A DNA stretch of 64,000 nucleotides from sequence record NC_019538.1; one strand, 5' to 3'. Each line of letters opens with the position of its first letter. The stretch's first letter is position 1. The notes beneath the pieces are model-generated. The model had not been told where the DNA came from. It made no database searches and saw nothing but the letters and a program-made list of their open reading frames with translations. The position numbers and the translations under genes were made by a program. Positions 11,578 to 22,261 of this stretch are shown piece by piece.

Positions 11578-11826
11578 TTATTCCCCTTCAATAATAAAGT
11601 AACGACGCTCGTTCATATGGATAAACGCATTCCACCCATCAAATCCAGAGATGTATGGATCTGGAATAATGACACCACAATTATTATCGTCTACCAGCCC
11701 AATATCCCCGTTGGAGTGGTTATACGCTTCGTGGGTATCCATTCCCATATAGTTTGCAATAGCAACGTTAGCACGACAATTAGAGAATTCCTGACGGGCT
11801 TGTTCTGACTTGAAACGGATTTTCAT
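11578..11826 (-). CDS. MKIRFK-family paralog
   Basis: MKIRFKSEQARQEF...ANVAIANYMGMDTH. Confidence 0.8.
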   Translation of the reverse strand: MKIRFKSEQARQEFSNCRANVAIANYMGMDTHEAYNHSNGDIGLVDDNNCGVIIPDPYISGFDGWNAFIHMNERRYFIIEGE

Positions 11827-11829
11827 AAT

Positions 11830-12042
11830 TTATTCCTCAATGATAGTGAAGTAATGGCTTTCGTCTTCGATATGGATAGTGAACTCACCACCAGCAGTAT
11901 CCCAGAATTCTCCTGTGTCGTCAATCTCTACTTTGAATGGATTCATACCAAACCGTTGAGCCATATTTTTATTGTGAGATGGAGAAACACCACTACAGCT
12001 AAATTCTTCCATTGCTTGCTCATCAACAAAACGGATTTTCAT
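11830..12042 (-). CDS. MKIRFK-family paralog
   Basis: MKIRFVDEQAMEEF...SHNKNMAQRFGMNPF; closest to 17363-17581. Confidence 0.8.
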   Translation of the reverse strand: MKIRFVDEQAMEEFSCSGVSPSHNKNMAQRFGMNPFKVEIDDTGEFWDTAGGEFTIHIEDESHYFTIIEE

Positions 12043-12282
12043 TTACTTAATCTCCACCAGACGCCACGGGATCATATTAATGGTATAGAAGCACCAAGAC
12101 ATTGAACTATCGAGGATATTGTAGATAGTACCATCACCCATCTCAATCACAGTGATACCCTCTGTATATCCTGTCTTGAGGGTTTCTTTTACTGTGAAAT
12201 AGTTACCCACTTCCATCAGAGGAAATTCGGATTTCATGATAGGGCTTACTTCTTCGATGATTTTGAATTTCTTATTCATCAT
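12043..12282 (-). CDS. WCFYT-family paralog
   Basis: F.VKET...GIT.IEMGDGTIYNI...WCFYT shared with 19286-19633 and 19630-20022. Confidence 0.75.
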   Translation of the reverse strand: MMNKKFKIIEEVSPIMKSEFPLMEVGNYFTVKETLKTGYTEGITVIEMGDGTIYNILDSSMSWCFYTINMIPWRLVEIK

Positions 12283-12316
12283 ATCTTTATTCCTCTAATA
12301 GTTTGGTGAGCAGTAT

Positions 12317-12493
12317 TCATCCCTTGAATTCAATTCCGAAATCCCTCTTTAGTGCCACAATAGCCTTGCGCCTTACCGCACTCGTCGAACCACTTCGTGC
12401 TAATGATTCAAGGCCAATGATTCGTGAGTTTGCTGGGTGACGGCCTTGATCCCAGACGCTTTTTATGCTCGGAATGTGATTGGTCTTTGACAC
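12317..12493 (-). CDS. Small basic hypothetical protein (GTG start)
   Basis: GAGGA RBS before GTG at 12493; 58 aa SKTNHIPSIK...DFGIEFKG; the longer track version overlaps the next gene. Confidence 0.55.
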   Translation of the reverse strand: MSKTNHIPSIKSVWDQGRHPANSRIIGLESLARSGSTSAVRRKAIVALKRDFGIEFKG

Positions 12494-12497
12494 TAAA

Positions 12498-12740
12498 TTA
12501 TTCCTCGATGATGAAATATTGTTGTTCGAATTGATGAATCTGCGCTTCCCATTGATTAAACTCACCAACTTCAATAACGTCATCATTATCATCTACTAGC
12601 GCAATGATGGTTTGTCCACACTCTTCATACGAAATAACATCATGGGTATCCATTCCCATATAGTCTGCAATCGCCACATTGGCATCAGAAAAACAACGGA
12701 ATTTATATTGAGCGTCGGTATCTTTAAAACGGATTTTCAT
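12498..12740 (-). CDS. MKIRFK-family paralog
   Basis: MKIRFKD...ANVAIADYMGMDTH; 28/29 nt identity 12643-12671 vs 11732-11760. Confidence 0.8.
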   Translation of the reverse strand: MKIRFKDTDAQYKFRCFSDANVAIADYMGMDTHDVISYEECGQTIIALVDDNDDVIEVGEFNQWEAQIHQFEQQYFIIEE

Positions 12741-12897
12741 AATAGCTCCTTAACAATCAACACAAACATTATAAAACAGATCGCCAGAGTAAACAACCCT
12801 CCAATGCCACCATTTGCATCTTTTTTACCAGCCCATTCAGCTACATGAATAAGAAAGAGACCAAGCAATACCAGAACCAAGGTAATGAGGATATCCA

Positions 12898-13818
12898 TCA
12901 TTGGGTAATCCCCAACACTTCAATACTATCCAGAGCTTCCTGACGCTTGGCTTTGACCTTTTCCTGTATGTGATTATGGTAGCGAGTGAGGGCTTTACGA
13001 CGCGCTTTGTCTAGTGCTTTGACTTCTTTCTTGTTGTTATAGATATCGAAAATCACGTCACAAGTTTCTGGGTTGGATCGGTTAAGGAAAATACTACGTG
13101 TTTCCCCTTCACTACCACAGCTAAAACCCAGATGAAAACCTTCAAAGAAAACAGTTCGTGACGTATCACCAAAGATATCCCCAGTTGGATGGGTTTCCAT
13201 ATACTGGACCATGGCTGCGGCTTTGGGGTCGATTTTGCGGAAGAACGAGAACATAGTTAGCTCCTTAGTGAACCAGAGTTTTTGCTTTCTTGGTGATGAT
13301 GGTAACGGCCTTACAACCATTCTTACGAACACCACGACCAACAGACAGGGTTTTGTTCCCGGTAGAGTTCACATCGACAGTACGAGCCCAGCGATTAGTG
13401 GCCTGAGTACCATTGTCAGTCATTTTACCAAAACCAGCAACACGAGCAGCGGAACGAGTGGCGAAGAAGATTTGTGCAGTCATGATAATTTCCTTTTTAA
13501 GAGAGGGACAACCCGTCCCAACAACAATAGTATCTCAAACTCGGTGTTTTGTGTCAATCAGTTTTTCAAAAGATTTTGGATTTCTTCCATCTCATCTTTC
13601 AGATCGCTAATCCAGTATTGAGCAGGGAAGCAATTCAGGAACTCCATATAAGCCCGGATAACTTCGATGCATTCTTCTACATCACCGAGATAAATCATTT
13701 CACAAGCCCAGTCATAATCGACACCGTAAACGGTTTGGGCTTCATCATACACTTCATCAGTGATATTGTTCTCTGCAACGTTGATAACTTTTTTGGCAAG
13801 GGAAACGACGTAGTTCAT
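12898..13818 (-). CDS. Hypothetical genes 12898-13254, 13265-13483 (small basic) and 13558-13818 (very acidic)
   Basis: ORFs with RBS; promoter-like spacers at ~13500-13557 and ~13840-13882. Confidence 0.7.
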
Positions 13819-13882
13819 GATAATTTCCTTTTCTTCCTCAATGGGTATATGTGTATATTACTAGACTACCAAATGGAGTCAA

Positions 13883-14359
13883 TCAATTTCGAAAAAGATT
13901 TTCCAGATCTTTTACCTTCATACCAGCTTTATTGGCAACTTCCAGTTTCTTGAGACGCTTATCAATCTGTGTTTGCAATGATTCATCCATCTTAACCTCT
14001 TCAATAGACACGTATAGAACACCATCAACACGGATAAATGGAACTTCCGTCACCGGGGCTTTGTTGACGATAGAGAAGTGTTCCGCAATATTTTTGTCAG
14101 TTGTTGTAATAGCTCCATGATCATTAGCAACAAACCACGCTTTTTCATCAGGGTCACCAACCTCAAAATAGAAAGCACTCTCGATGAGGGTCAGATAGTC
14201 ATTATTAAATGAATAATCCCGTGTGTAATATCCTTGTTTGGTGGTCTGCCAATTAGCACCATTCTCAATGGCATCGAGTACCTTCTTACCCCATTCACTA
14301 TCTCCACTTTCTTTGATGAACGTAGATTTATGAACATAAGATTTGAATTTCAGTTTCAT
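13883..14359 (-). CDS. MKIRFK-family-like N-terminus with an extended C-terminal region
   Basis: MKLKFKSYVHKSTF. Confidence 0.7.
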   Translation of the reverse strand: MKLKFKSYVHKSTFIKESGDSEWGKKVLDAIENGANWQTTKQGYYTRDYSFNNDYLTLIESAFYFEVGDPDEKAWFVANDHGAITTTDKNIAEHFSIVNKAPVTEVPFIRVDGVLYVSIEEVKMDESLQTQIDKRLKKLEVANKAGMKVKDLENLFRN

Positions 14360-14368
14360 ATTAATTCC

Positions 14369-17309
14369 TTACTTGGAAGCGTAATAAATTGCAGCACGGA
14401 GATTTACCAGAGCCATATCAAGGTGGATACCAATCAGATCATCTTCATAAGAATCGCCACGGTCTGAAACAGTTTTTGCATCATCGATATTACGAAGGGC
14501 CGAATCGATATAACCCCGAACCTCATCATCTCCAAAAGGAACCGCGATATAAACGTGGGAAATGGTATTCATGATATCAGAATAATCGCAGTCGGAAACC
14601 TCAAATTTCTTAGACAGACATTGAACAGATTTAAAAGACTCACGCAGGGCAATTACGATTTCCATAATATTCTCCTTAGACTTCAACACGAACAGCAGTA
14701 TAACCGTAACCAAGATACGCATTAGCATCGGTCATGATTTGAACTTGACGGATAGCTTCATCACGCGCTTTCCCATCATATTCAACGGTAGCCTCGATAT
14801 GGACCGAAACAACATAGTCAAAGCTATCCGGGCCGTTTTCCAGTACCGCATATGCATTGCGATAAACCAGACCTTGACGTTTTTTGGATTTTGCTTCTTC
14901 CAACTTGACAGCGATTGCATTCATCATTTCGTTTACCATAAGAACCTCCGTCGTTTCGATATACACATAGTAAAACAAATGACTCACCGAAGCAAGCCAT
15001 TTTTCATTTTATTTTCAGCCAAGAATCTTACTGAAATCCATAATTTTCAGAAGTTCCACATACCCGTTGATGGACATTGCACACAGGGCAAAGTGCAACA
15101 AGTAAGTAAAGAATTTTTCCATCTTACTGGATTGGCGAGATTCGTAATAGGTTGCAACACCGTTGAACACGATACCACACAGAAACATGGTGGTGATAAG
15201 AACAAAACCAACTTGACTATTAATAAAATCCATCATAATAAACCCCTTATAGGTAGTAGTCTTTCATTTCAAACGGGATATGGTTTTCTTCCGCCAGATG
15301 TTTCATGGTAGCAACATCACTCACATCACAGGTGGTAACGTAATCATTGAAGCTTGGTTCGGTCAGAATAACCCGCTGGCCGTCAATATCGAAAATGTAA
15401 TCAATTTGGGTAAAACCGATATCTGCATCATAATTTGTTTTGGTAACGTGTTCCACACCAATCATTTCCAGAAGTTCCAACAGGTCTTGAATATCGAAGC
15501 GAATATACATAATCAAATTTCCTCTACCAGAATTTCACACTGTTCACCATAAAAAGCTTCTTTAGCAATTTTCTTACCGAAGTTCAAAGCCCCTTTATGA
15601 GTCTTGTAAACATCATAAGAAATAGAACCGGTTTCGCCTTTAACAGTCACTTTGAAATCTTTCATGATACTTTCCTCGTGTTTTCCCAACAAGGAAAGTA
15701 TCCCATAAATCGATTACCGTTACAAGTAGTTTTTTAGAAAATTATACTCATCAGAGTTCAATTGCACATATGGAACTAGGTTACTATCCAGAGATAAAAT
15801 GAACTCGATGATAGCCACACGGTCGTGGTGTAATTGACCAATCTTTTCTGGTGTCATCCATTTCAACGACAGTTGGACGTTCTTTGTATCAATCAAAACC
15901 ATCATACTATCCCCTTAGAAAGTGTTGTCTACATCATCATAATCGGTTGGGCTCCACAGATCATCGTCATCATCTTCCCGTTTCTTGGAAAGCGATTTGA
16001 CGTGCTCAGACCAACGTTTAGCAGCGTTGTAGGTGTAGAAGGTGCGATTAGTACCACCCGGATGACTACCATCAATACCAGCATCGGTGAGGCTGAAATC
16101 GTCATTAAAGAAGTCACTCACTTCTCGAACCACACCGAATTTGTAACTACTGGTTTTGAACCACTTACGATAGTTCACCCAGATAGTACCATTCAGAATA
16201 GAATCTTTTTTCTTGTACACAAATGGACGAGAAGTGATCAGAATCTTGGTGATGAAAGCAGTAGGGCCACATACACGATATACAGTCTGACCAGCGCGGA
16301 GAGATTTTGCAGTTACTTTACCTTTAGCCATGATTATTGCTCCTGATATACTTTAACCAAATTCATGAGGAAATTAAGTTCTTCATCGGTGATATATGGT
16401 GTGGCTTCAATCCATTTACCCAAAGCCACTAGTGCCATTCGATGACCGTTAGATTTTATCAGGTCACTGGTTTGTTTTGCAACTAGTTCTACAAGAATTT
16501 TATTTTTCATGATATCCCCTTAGATGGTAAGTTTTGCTTTAGCGTGATAAACACCAATATATTTTTCTTGAACCTTTTTGATTGCGGTTTCTGGTGAAGT
16601 AGCCCATGTGTATTCGGTAAGGACTTTACCACCGAATGCATTTTGGATTTTGAAGGAAACGATAAAACTTTTCATAATATCCCCTTAATAATTCTTAACA
16701 ACGATATGAGAGATGGAATCACCGTAAGTTTCCAGCGCCTGTTTGGTGTACATACGGCCTTTATTCTCAACACCATTTTCGGTGGTGATACTCACATCAA
16801 CAACAAAGTCCATACCACCATTATCAAGCGCGGCCTTCATGGTGATGGTCCCGATAGTAGAAGTACAAACCAGAGTTTGATTACCCAGCATGTTGTTCAG
16901 GCGATTGCGGAGTTTGGTGTTCATGGTATTTCCTTCTCAGTTGGTGTACAGACATATTATCAAAAACAAAAACAAGCGTAAAGCGTTATTTGATAAATTC
17001 TTTGTTCAGACGGTAAATATTTTCTTCGTAGTAGTTGTCACCATAAACACGGTTACGACCATAGTTATATTTCTTCAAAGTAGGCTCTTTCACACTGAAC
17101 TTGTGGTCAACAATCAGAACACCGACCTTAATGAGAGCGCGAACAGTAGCACGGTTAACAGCACCCAGACGGAAAGTCATATCTTCTTTGGCCTTACCCT
17201 TGGGAGTGTTTTCCCAGCGAACCAAATCAACTTGATATTGGTTCCAAAGACGCTCAACTTCCGCAACACAAATAGCAACAACTTCGTTTTGGGCTTTGCT
17301 GAGTTTCAT
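14369..17309 (-). CDS. Block of small hypothetical genes: 14369-14665, 14676-14987, 15015-15236 (membrane), 15247-15516, 15720-15905, 15915-16331, 16685-16924, 16986-17309, plus three ORFs under 60 aa
   Basis: ORFs with RBS, interspersed with early promoters. Confidence 0.7.
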
Positions 17310-17351
17310 GATTTCTTCCTTTCCGTCTCTCGTTTCGATATGGATATAATA
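17304..17351 (-). repeat. 48-bp promoter/leader/RBS/start repeat, copy 1
   Basis: 47/48 identical to 17980-18027. Confidence 0.85.
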
Positions 17352-17362
17352 CCAGATCTGGA

Positions 17363-17581
17363 CTACGATGCAACAACTATTTCAAAATAAATTCCTTCAC
17401 CTGCTTTGTGAATAGTGAAATCACCGTCAACCGTATCCCACCACCAACCGGTTACATCAACCTCAACCTCGAAAGGGTTCATACCATAACGTAGAGTCAG
17501 ATCTTTATTATGGGAAGACCAACCAAGGTTGATACCCGCAAACTCGTTCATATGGTATTCGGATTTGAATTTGATTTTCAT
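17363..17581 (-). CDS. MKIRFK-family paralog
   Basis: MKIKFKSEYHMNEF...SHNKDLTLRYGMNPFEV. Confidence 0.8.
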   Translation of the reverse strand: MKIKFKSEYHMNEFAGINLGWSSHNKDLTLRYGMNPFEVEVDVTGWWWDTVDGDFTIHKAGEGIYFEIVVAS

Positions 17582-17583
17582 GA

Positions 17584-17985
17584 TTAACCTCTTTGAACTT
17601 TAGCAACGTTTTTCTTGAACTCTTCGACTTTCTTTTCCATCAACTCAACAAAAGTAACTGGGGCCTTGCGAGCTTTAGCAGCATCAAGTTGATCTTCCAG
17701 ATCGAACATCTCACGAGTGACGTAGAGTTGAGCAATTGTCAGGGTGTATTTGTCGGCCTGCTCATCAGTCATATCAGCAACAACACCATAGTTCTGACCG
17801 TTGGCGATATCAACACCGTGCTCAGGACGGAAGTGGTTACCGAGCATCGCACCAGTCTCTGGATGGCACAGGGTCATTTGCTTCTTACCACAGGATTTCA
17901 CAACGGCACGGGACCAAGAGAAGGTGCCTTTACCGTCTACGCTTGCAACCTGAATAACAACCTGACCTTTGGTGAATGCTTTCAT
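17584..17985 (-). CDS. Hypothetical early protein
   Basis: Start set at 17985 (MKAFTKGQ) directly after the repeated leader and RBS. Confidence 0.75.
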   Translation of the reverse strand: MKAFTKGQVVIQVASVDGKGTFSWSRAVVKSCGKKQMTLCHPETGAMLGNHFRPEHGVDIANGQNYGVVADMTDEQADKYTLTIAQLYVTREMFDLEDQLDAAKARKAPVTFVELMEKKVEEFKKNVAKVQRG

Positions 17986-18057
17986 GATTTCTTCCTTTTC
18001 GTCTCTCGTTTCGATATGGATATAATAGTCGAAAGGGCCTACCGAAGCAAGCCCTTT
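17980..18057 (-). promoter_or_regulatory. 48-bp repeat copy 2 plus promoter TTGCTT-N17-TATTAT, with a hairpin around the -35 box
   Basis: -35 at 18045-18050, -10 at 18022-18027; arms AAAGGGC 18032-18038 and GCCCTTT 18051-18057. Confidence 0.75.
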
Positions 18058-18063
18058 TATCAT

Positions 18064-19284
18064 TTATTTCAAAATAAATTCTACGATGTCGTATTGTTCT
18101 GGGTCGATTTGGATAAACAGATTGTCGTTGACACCATCCAAAGTATCTTGAAGCTTCTGAGTGGTTGATTCGGTATAGACGAAAGAAACTGCATGATCTC
18201 CAATTGCTTCATCGTCTACCAAATAAACAGCTTCACCACATACCTCTACCATAGCAACTTTACCAGTATATTTGTTTTTCAGTGCATAGAACATATTTTT
18301 ATCCTTGGTTGAAAGTAACAACAATTTCCATCTCATGCATAGCCGGACCATACAACTCGATAGCGTTATAACCGGTTGGGTCAAAATGAACCAATCCTTC
18401 TACTTCAAAATGATTACCGAAGAAAACAAATTCTACTTTTGCATTGGGATCTCGTTCTTGGAGAATCTTAATCAAATCACAATTTTTCAAACTTAATTTC
18501 TCCTACCAGAGATTCAGAAACTCGGTCGTAAATCATAATGGTTTTTGCATTGTATGGACTATCAATAGAATCCACCATTTTCAACCAACAAGGGAAATCG
18601 GTTTCTTCGTAACAAGTGTAACTTTCTTCCCATTGACCGATAGTGGCAACGAAATCGCTACGAGTTTCGAACCAAGTATATCCCAGAGCTTCCATAATCT
18701 TTTTCATATCTTATTCCTCAAACAGCCAGTTGCGAACGTGGTCACGCATAACCCCGTACATGTATTTGGTCATTTCATCAGCAGCGATATCATTGTCACA
18801 AGCATCATAATCGATAACCCGACCGAAGAAGTTGCGGAGCGCAATACATTGAGAATTGCGCAACTCTTGTCCTTCCATCATATCACGAAATGCGTGAGAC
18901 TCGGGGGAAATTGTCAGAGCGATACGGTTATCGTGATAAGCCTTGATACGGTTAATCAGTTCGGCTTGCTGGTCGGTAAAAAGAATTCTCATTTCAATTT
19001 CCTCATCAGTGGACATAGGTATATTACCAGAACTAGCTATAGGGTCAAAGACTTTTTGAAATTATTTTAGCCACCAGACAAGTAAGGATGTTTGTTTGAC
19101 AAACCCAAAACAATACCAGCGGGTTTGTTCCATATTTTAGGGTAATCGTGGTGGTACAGACTACTAGCACGATAGTAAAGACCATGAGAATACAAGATAG
19201 AATCACATCACGATTGATCTTTTCCCCTAACTGAACAATGAAGTATATCGGAGCATAACAAGATAATGCCACCAAAGAAATCAT
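18064..19284 (-). CDS. Hypothetical genes ~18064-18295, 18299-18490, 18477-18707, 18711-19016 and 19045-19284 (membrane)
   Basis: ORF track plus RBS spacing. Confidence 0.65.
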
Positions 19285-19285
19285 A

Positions 19286-19633
19286 TCAAACCCCCGGCTT
19301 ATTTTTACGATGGTGTTCTAACATATAGAGGATCTCTTTCTCTCGTCTCTCCCAGCGAATCAATTTGTTTCTATCCTTGTCCGGAACAAGAAACTCATTA
19401 ACCATACCATTGGTATAGAAACACCATAACATTGGTGATGCAACTTCGATATTATAAACAGTACCACTGTCCATGGTAACAGTAGTGGCACCGACCATCA
19501 TACCATTATATTTGGTCTCATTTACAACAAAAGAAGCACCAATTACCATTTCTGGGAAAAAATTGTGAAAGCAGTCCCAGACACTATCTTTCTTGATAGT
19601 ATAACATTTATCTTTCATCATCACCTCAATCAA
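19286..19633 (-). CDS. WCFYT-family paralog with HRKNKP tail
   Basis: GASFVVNET...MDSGTVYNI...WCFYT...LEHHRKNKP. Confidence 0.8.
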   Translation of the reverse strand: MIEVMMKDKCYTIKKDSVWDCFHNFFPEMVIGASFVVNETKYNGMMVGATTVTMDSGTVYNIEVASPMLWCFYTNGMVNEFLVPDKDRNKLIRWERREKEILYMLEHHRKNKPGV

Positions 19634-20022
19634 ATTGGTTTATTTTTACGATGATTTTCCAGAGCTTCAATCAACTCCTTCTCTTCCTTCTCCCAATTTG
19701 CCAACAACAAAGCTTTCTTTTCTTCCATCTCCATCTCTTTCTTCTTCAAATTGATATCCATCAAGGCTTTCTTTTCTTCGTCGGAGAGGTTTTCAACTGG
19801 GGTCAGATATTCTTCTGTCATATCTTCTGTGTAGAAGCACCAACACCAAGGATATTGGTTGATGTGATATTCGGTTCCACTATCCATGATAATAGATTCG
19901 ATACCATCAAAAGTATCCCCAACGGTCTCTGTTACCGTGAAAGATGCACCAACAATGAGTTCGGGGAATTCTTTATGAAATTCTTCAAAATCTTTTTTAA
20001 CAGTATAACGTTGGTTCAGCAT
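19630..20022 (-). CDS. WCFYT-family paralog with HRKNKP tail
   Basis: GASFTVTET...MDSGTEYHI...WCFYT...LENHRKNKP. Confidence 0.8.
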   Translation of the reverse strand: MLNQRYTVKKDFEEFHKEFPELIVGASFTVTETVGDTFDGIESIIMDSGTEYHINQYPWCWCFYTEDMTEEYLTPVENLSDEEKKALMDINLKKKEMEMEEKKALLLANWEKEEKELIEALENHRKNKPI

Positions 20023-20179
20023 AATAACTCCTTAACCGTTCAACATAGGGATGATTACGAACAGAACAACACCAACAATACCAGCACAGATCAAAGTCTC
20101 TTTGTGCTTGGTGATTTGGAATTTAGCGCGTTTCATAGCAAATTCAAAGTTAGTCATGTCATTTCCCTCATCTGTTTTC

Positions 20180-20227
20180 GTTTCAACAAGGATAGAATAA
20201 CAAAACGCTTACCCGAGAGCAAGCGTT
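20180..20227 (-). promoter_or_regulatory. Promoter with a 25-bp element identical to 21402-21426 and a hairpin over the -35 box
   Basis: GTTTCAACAAGGATAGAATAACAAA at 20180-20204 and 21402-21426; hairpin AACGCTT/AAGCGTT. Confidence 0.75.
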
Positions 20228-20233
20228 TTTGAA

Positions 20234-21722
20234 TTATTTTTCCAAAATACCAAGATATTGTCCAAGTTTTTTCTGGATTTCGTATTGACGACACACTTCT
20301 TTTAGCTCTAACATCTCATTAACAGAGTGTGTAATTTCTCCTATATCCGACGACGTAAAAACATCATCATAAGTTACACCTTTCATAGTGACTTTGTTAA
20401 AAATGTGGTCGATTGTAATATCTTTTGTTAGATTGATTACCCATCGAAGATCACCACAAGAATCAACAAAACCGCTGACTTCATATTCCCCAGTTGAGAT
20501 CTTTTCTTTAATATGCTCTACAACTACTTTCATAATGTTTCCTTAAATATCAATCGAGTCGAAAAGTTTATTCTTGTTTTCTACCTCTACAGCCTTTTGA
20601 CGAAATACAAAGGCTAGTTGGATGGAATTAACTTCGTCTTGACTGAAAACCCCACTAACGTAACCATGATTTCCGTCATGGACAAGATAATCAGGATAAT
20701 GGTCTCGGCCACCGGTTATATACCTAAGCTTTAATGTTTGTGCAATAGTGGTTTTATCTCTAGGATCTCCGGTAAAATTACCATTTTTGATGTGTTCGCA
20801 AATTCGATCTACTTTCTTACTACGTTCTGTCATAATTTTTCCTTAGCGTGGGTCCAACATCTTTTTGATTTCCATCATCAACATAATCTCAAGATACGAG
20901 ATCTGTTGGGCGGTAAGCTCTTTGTCTAGAGTAGTCAGAGTATATTCACCATCTTTCTGGACGCCTGCGGTGAAACCGAGATGAACACCAGAATCATACT
21001 TTGATTGAACTACCAGCTTTTCATTTTCACCAATAGAAGAAACAATCATAATTTTCCTTATTTCACTTTGAAAGTAACAATAATCGAACTGCCCATAGAA
21101 CCACTCCATTCCACCTTGATACCTTCGATAGTACCAATATTTTCTACAAGATCAACCACATTCTCTTTAGGTTGGTCGTATTTGAAGTCGATGTACATTT
21201 TGTGTTTTCCGGTTTTCTCAACGTCACGATACATTGCGAAGTTAAACTCACGGTATGCATCAGTCAGATCGGTTTTACGGAAGATCGCAATCTTTTTTGT
21301 ATCTACCTTACGAATGGCCTTGCGTACTTTAACCACTTCATGGTGAGTCTTGTTCGAGGTTTCTGTGATAAATTCTGCCATGTTATTCTCCTAACTGTTT
21401 TGTTTCAACAAGGATAGAATAACAAAGGGCTTGAACAATTACAAGCCCGGTTTGAAAATTATCCTTTAATTTTTACCAGATATCGGTCATTGTCAAATGG
21501 AGATACAATAGCCCGCCAACCAAAACAATCCGGATAACGATTATAGAGGATTTCTTCCACTGCATTATATGCTTTATCCAGAGAATAATGGTTTTCCTTG
21601 GTTGGGTTTTCTTTAAATGCATCATTTGCTACATCTGCTGCAATCAACAACCCAAACAGATCACCATCTTTTGTCACTTCAAAATATTGATTCATATCAA
21701 GCCTTCTCTTTCCACTTTGCAA
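20234..21722 (-). CDS. Hypothetical genes 20234-20533, 20543-20833, 20843-21109, 21058-21381 and 21459-21695
   Basis: ORFs with RBS. Confidence 0.7.
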
Positions 21723-22251
21723 TTTTCTTTTCCATCGTAGACAGGAAAAGATTTTCGATAGCTTGTTTGTTCATATCACCACAAGCAAGAGCGAACATAT
21801 CCATTGCAGCAATAGCCAGATCTACAGCCTCACCACGAATACCATCTTTACCCGGTTCCTTGTAAGACAAACCGTTTTCAATCTGTACCTCCAAAGACAG
21901 TTCTCCGAGTTCTTCCATACATTTGGAGAGTACGTAATCGTAAGTTCGCTTTTTGGAAGTATCGACCCGACCAAGTTCAATTGAGGTAGTGAAGATGGTT
22001 GACAAGCTTGGTTCTGGTTCATATTCTTCCAAAATAATTTCTGGATCTGATGGAGCAGCGAAACACCATGCACCATGATCATAATAAGGATTTACCTGTT
22101 TACCATAACAAGCAACGTCGCGAGTCCACAAGTAACCATTTTGGTCAATGTAATGACATTCAACTACATCACCGGTAGATACACCGAATTCATCTGATTC
22201 ATCTGCATGAATGTACACGATTTTATATTTCTTACCAAGTTCATATTTCAT
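21697..22251 (-). CDS. MazG-like NTP pyrophosphohydrolase with an extra N-terminal beta domain
   Basis: C-terminal KCMEELGEL...EAVDLAI matches the MazG EExxE...ExxD acidic motif. Confidence 0.7.
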   Translation of the reverse strand: MKYELGKKYKIVYIHADESDEFGVSTGDVVECHYIDQNGYLWTRDVACYGKQVNPYYDHGAWCFAAPSDPEIILEEYEPEPSLSTIFTTSIELGRVDTSKKRTYDYVLSKCMEELGELSLEVQIENGLSYKEPGKDGIRGEAVDLAIAAMDMFALACGDMNKQAIENLFLSTMEKKIAKWKEKA

Positions 22252-22261
22252 TTTCTGATTC

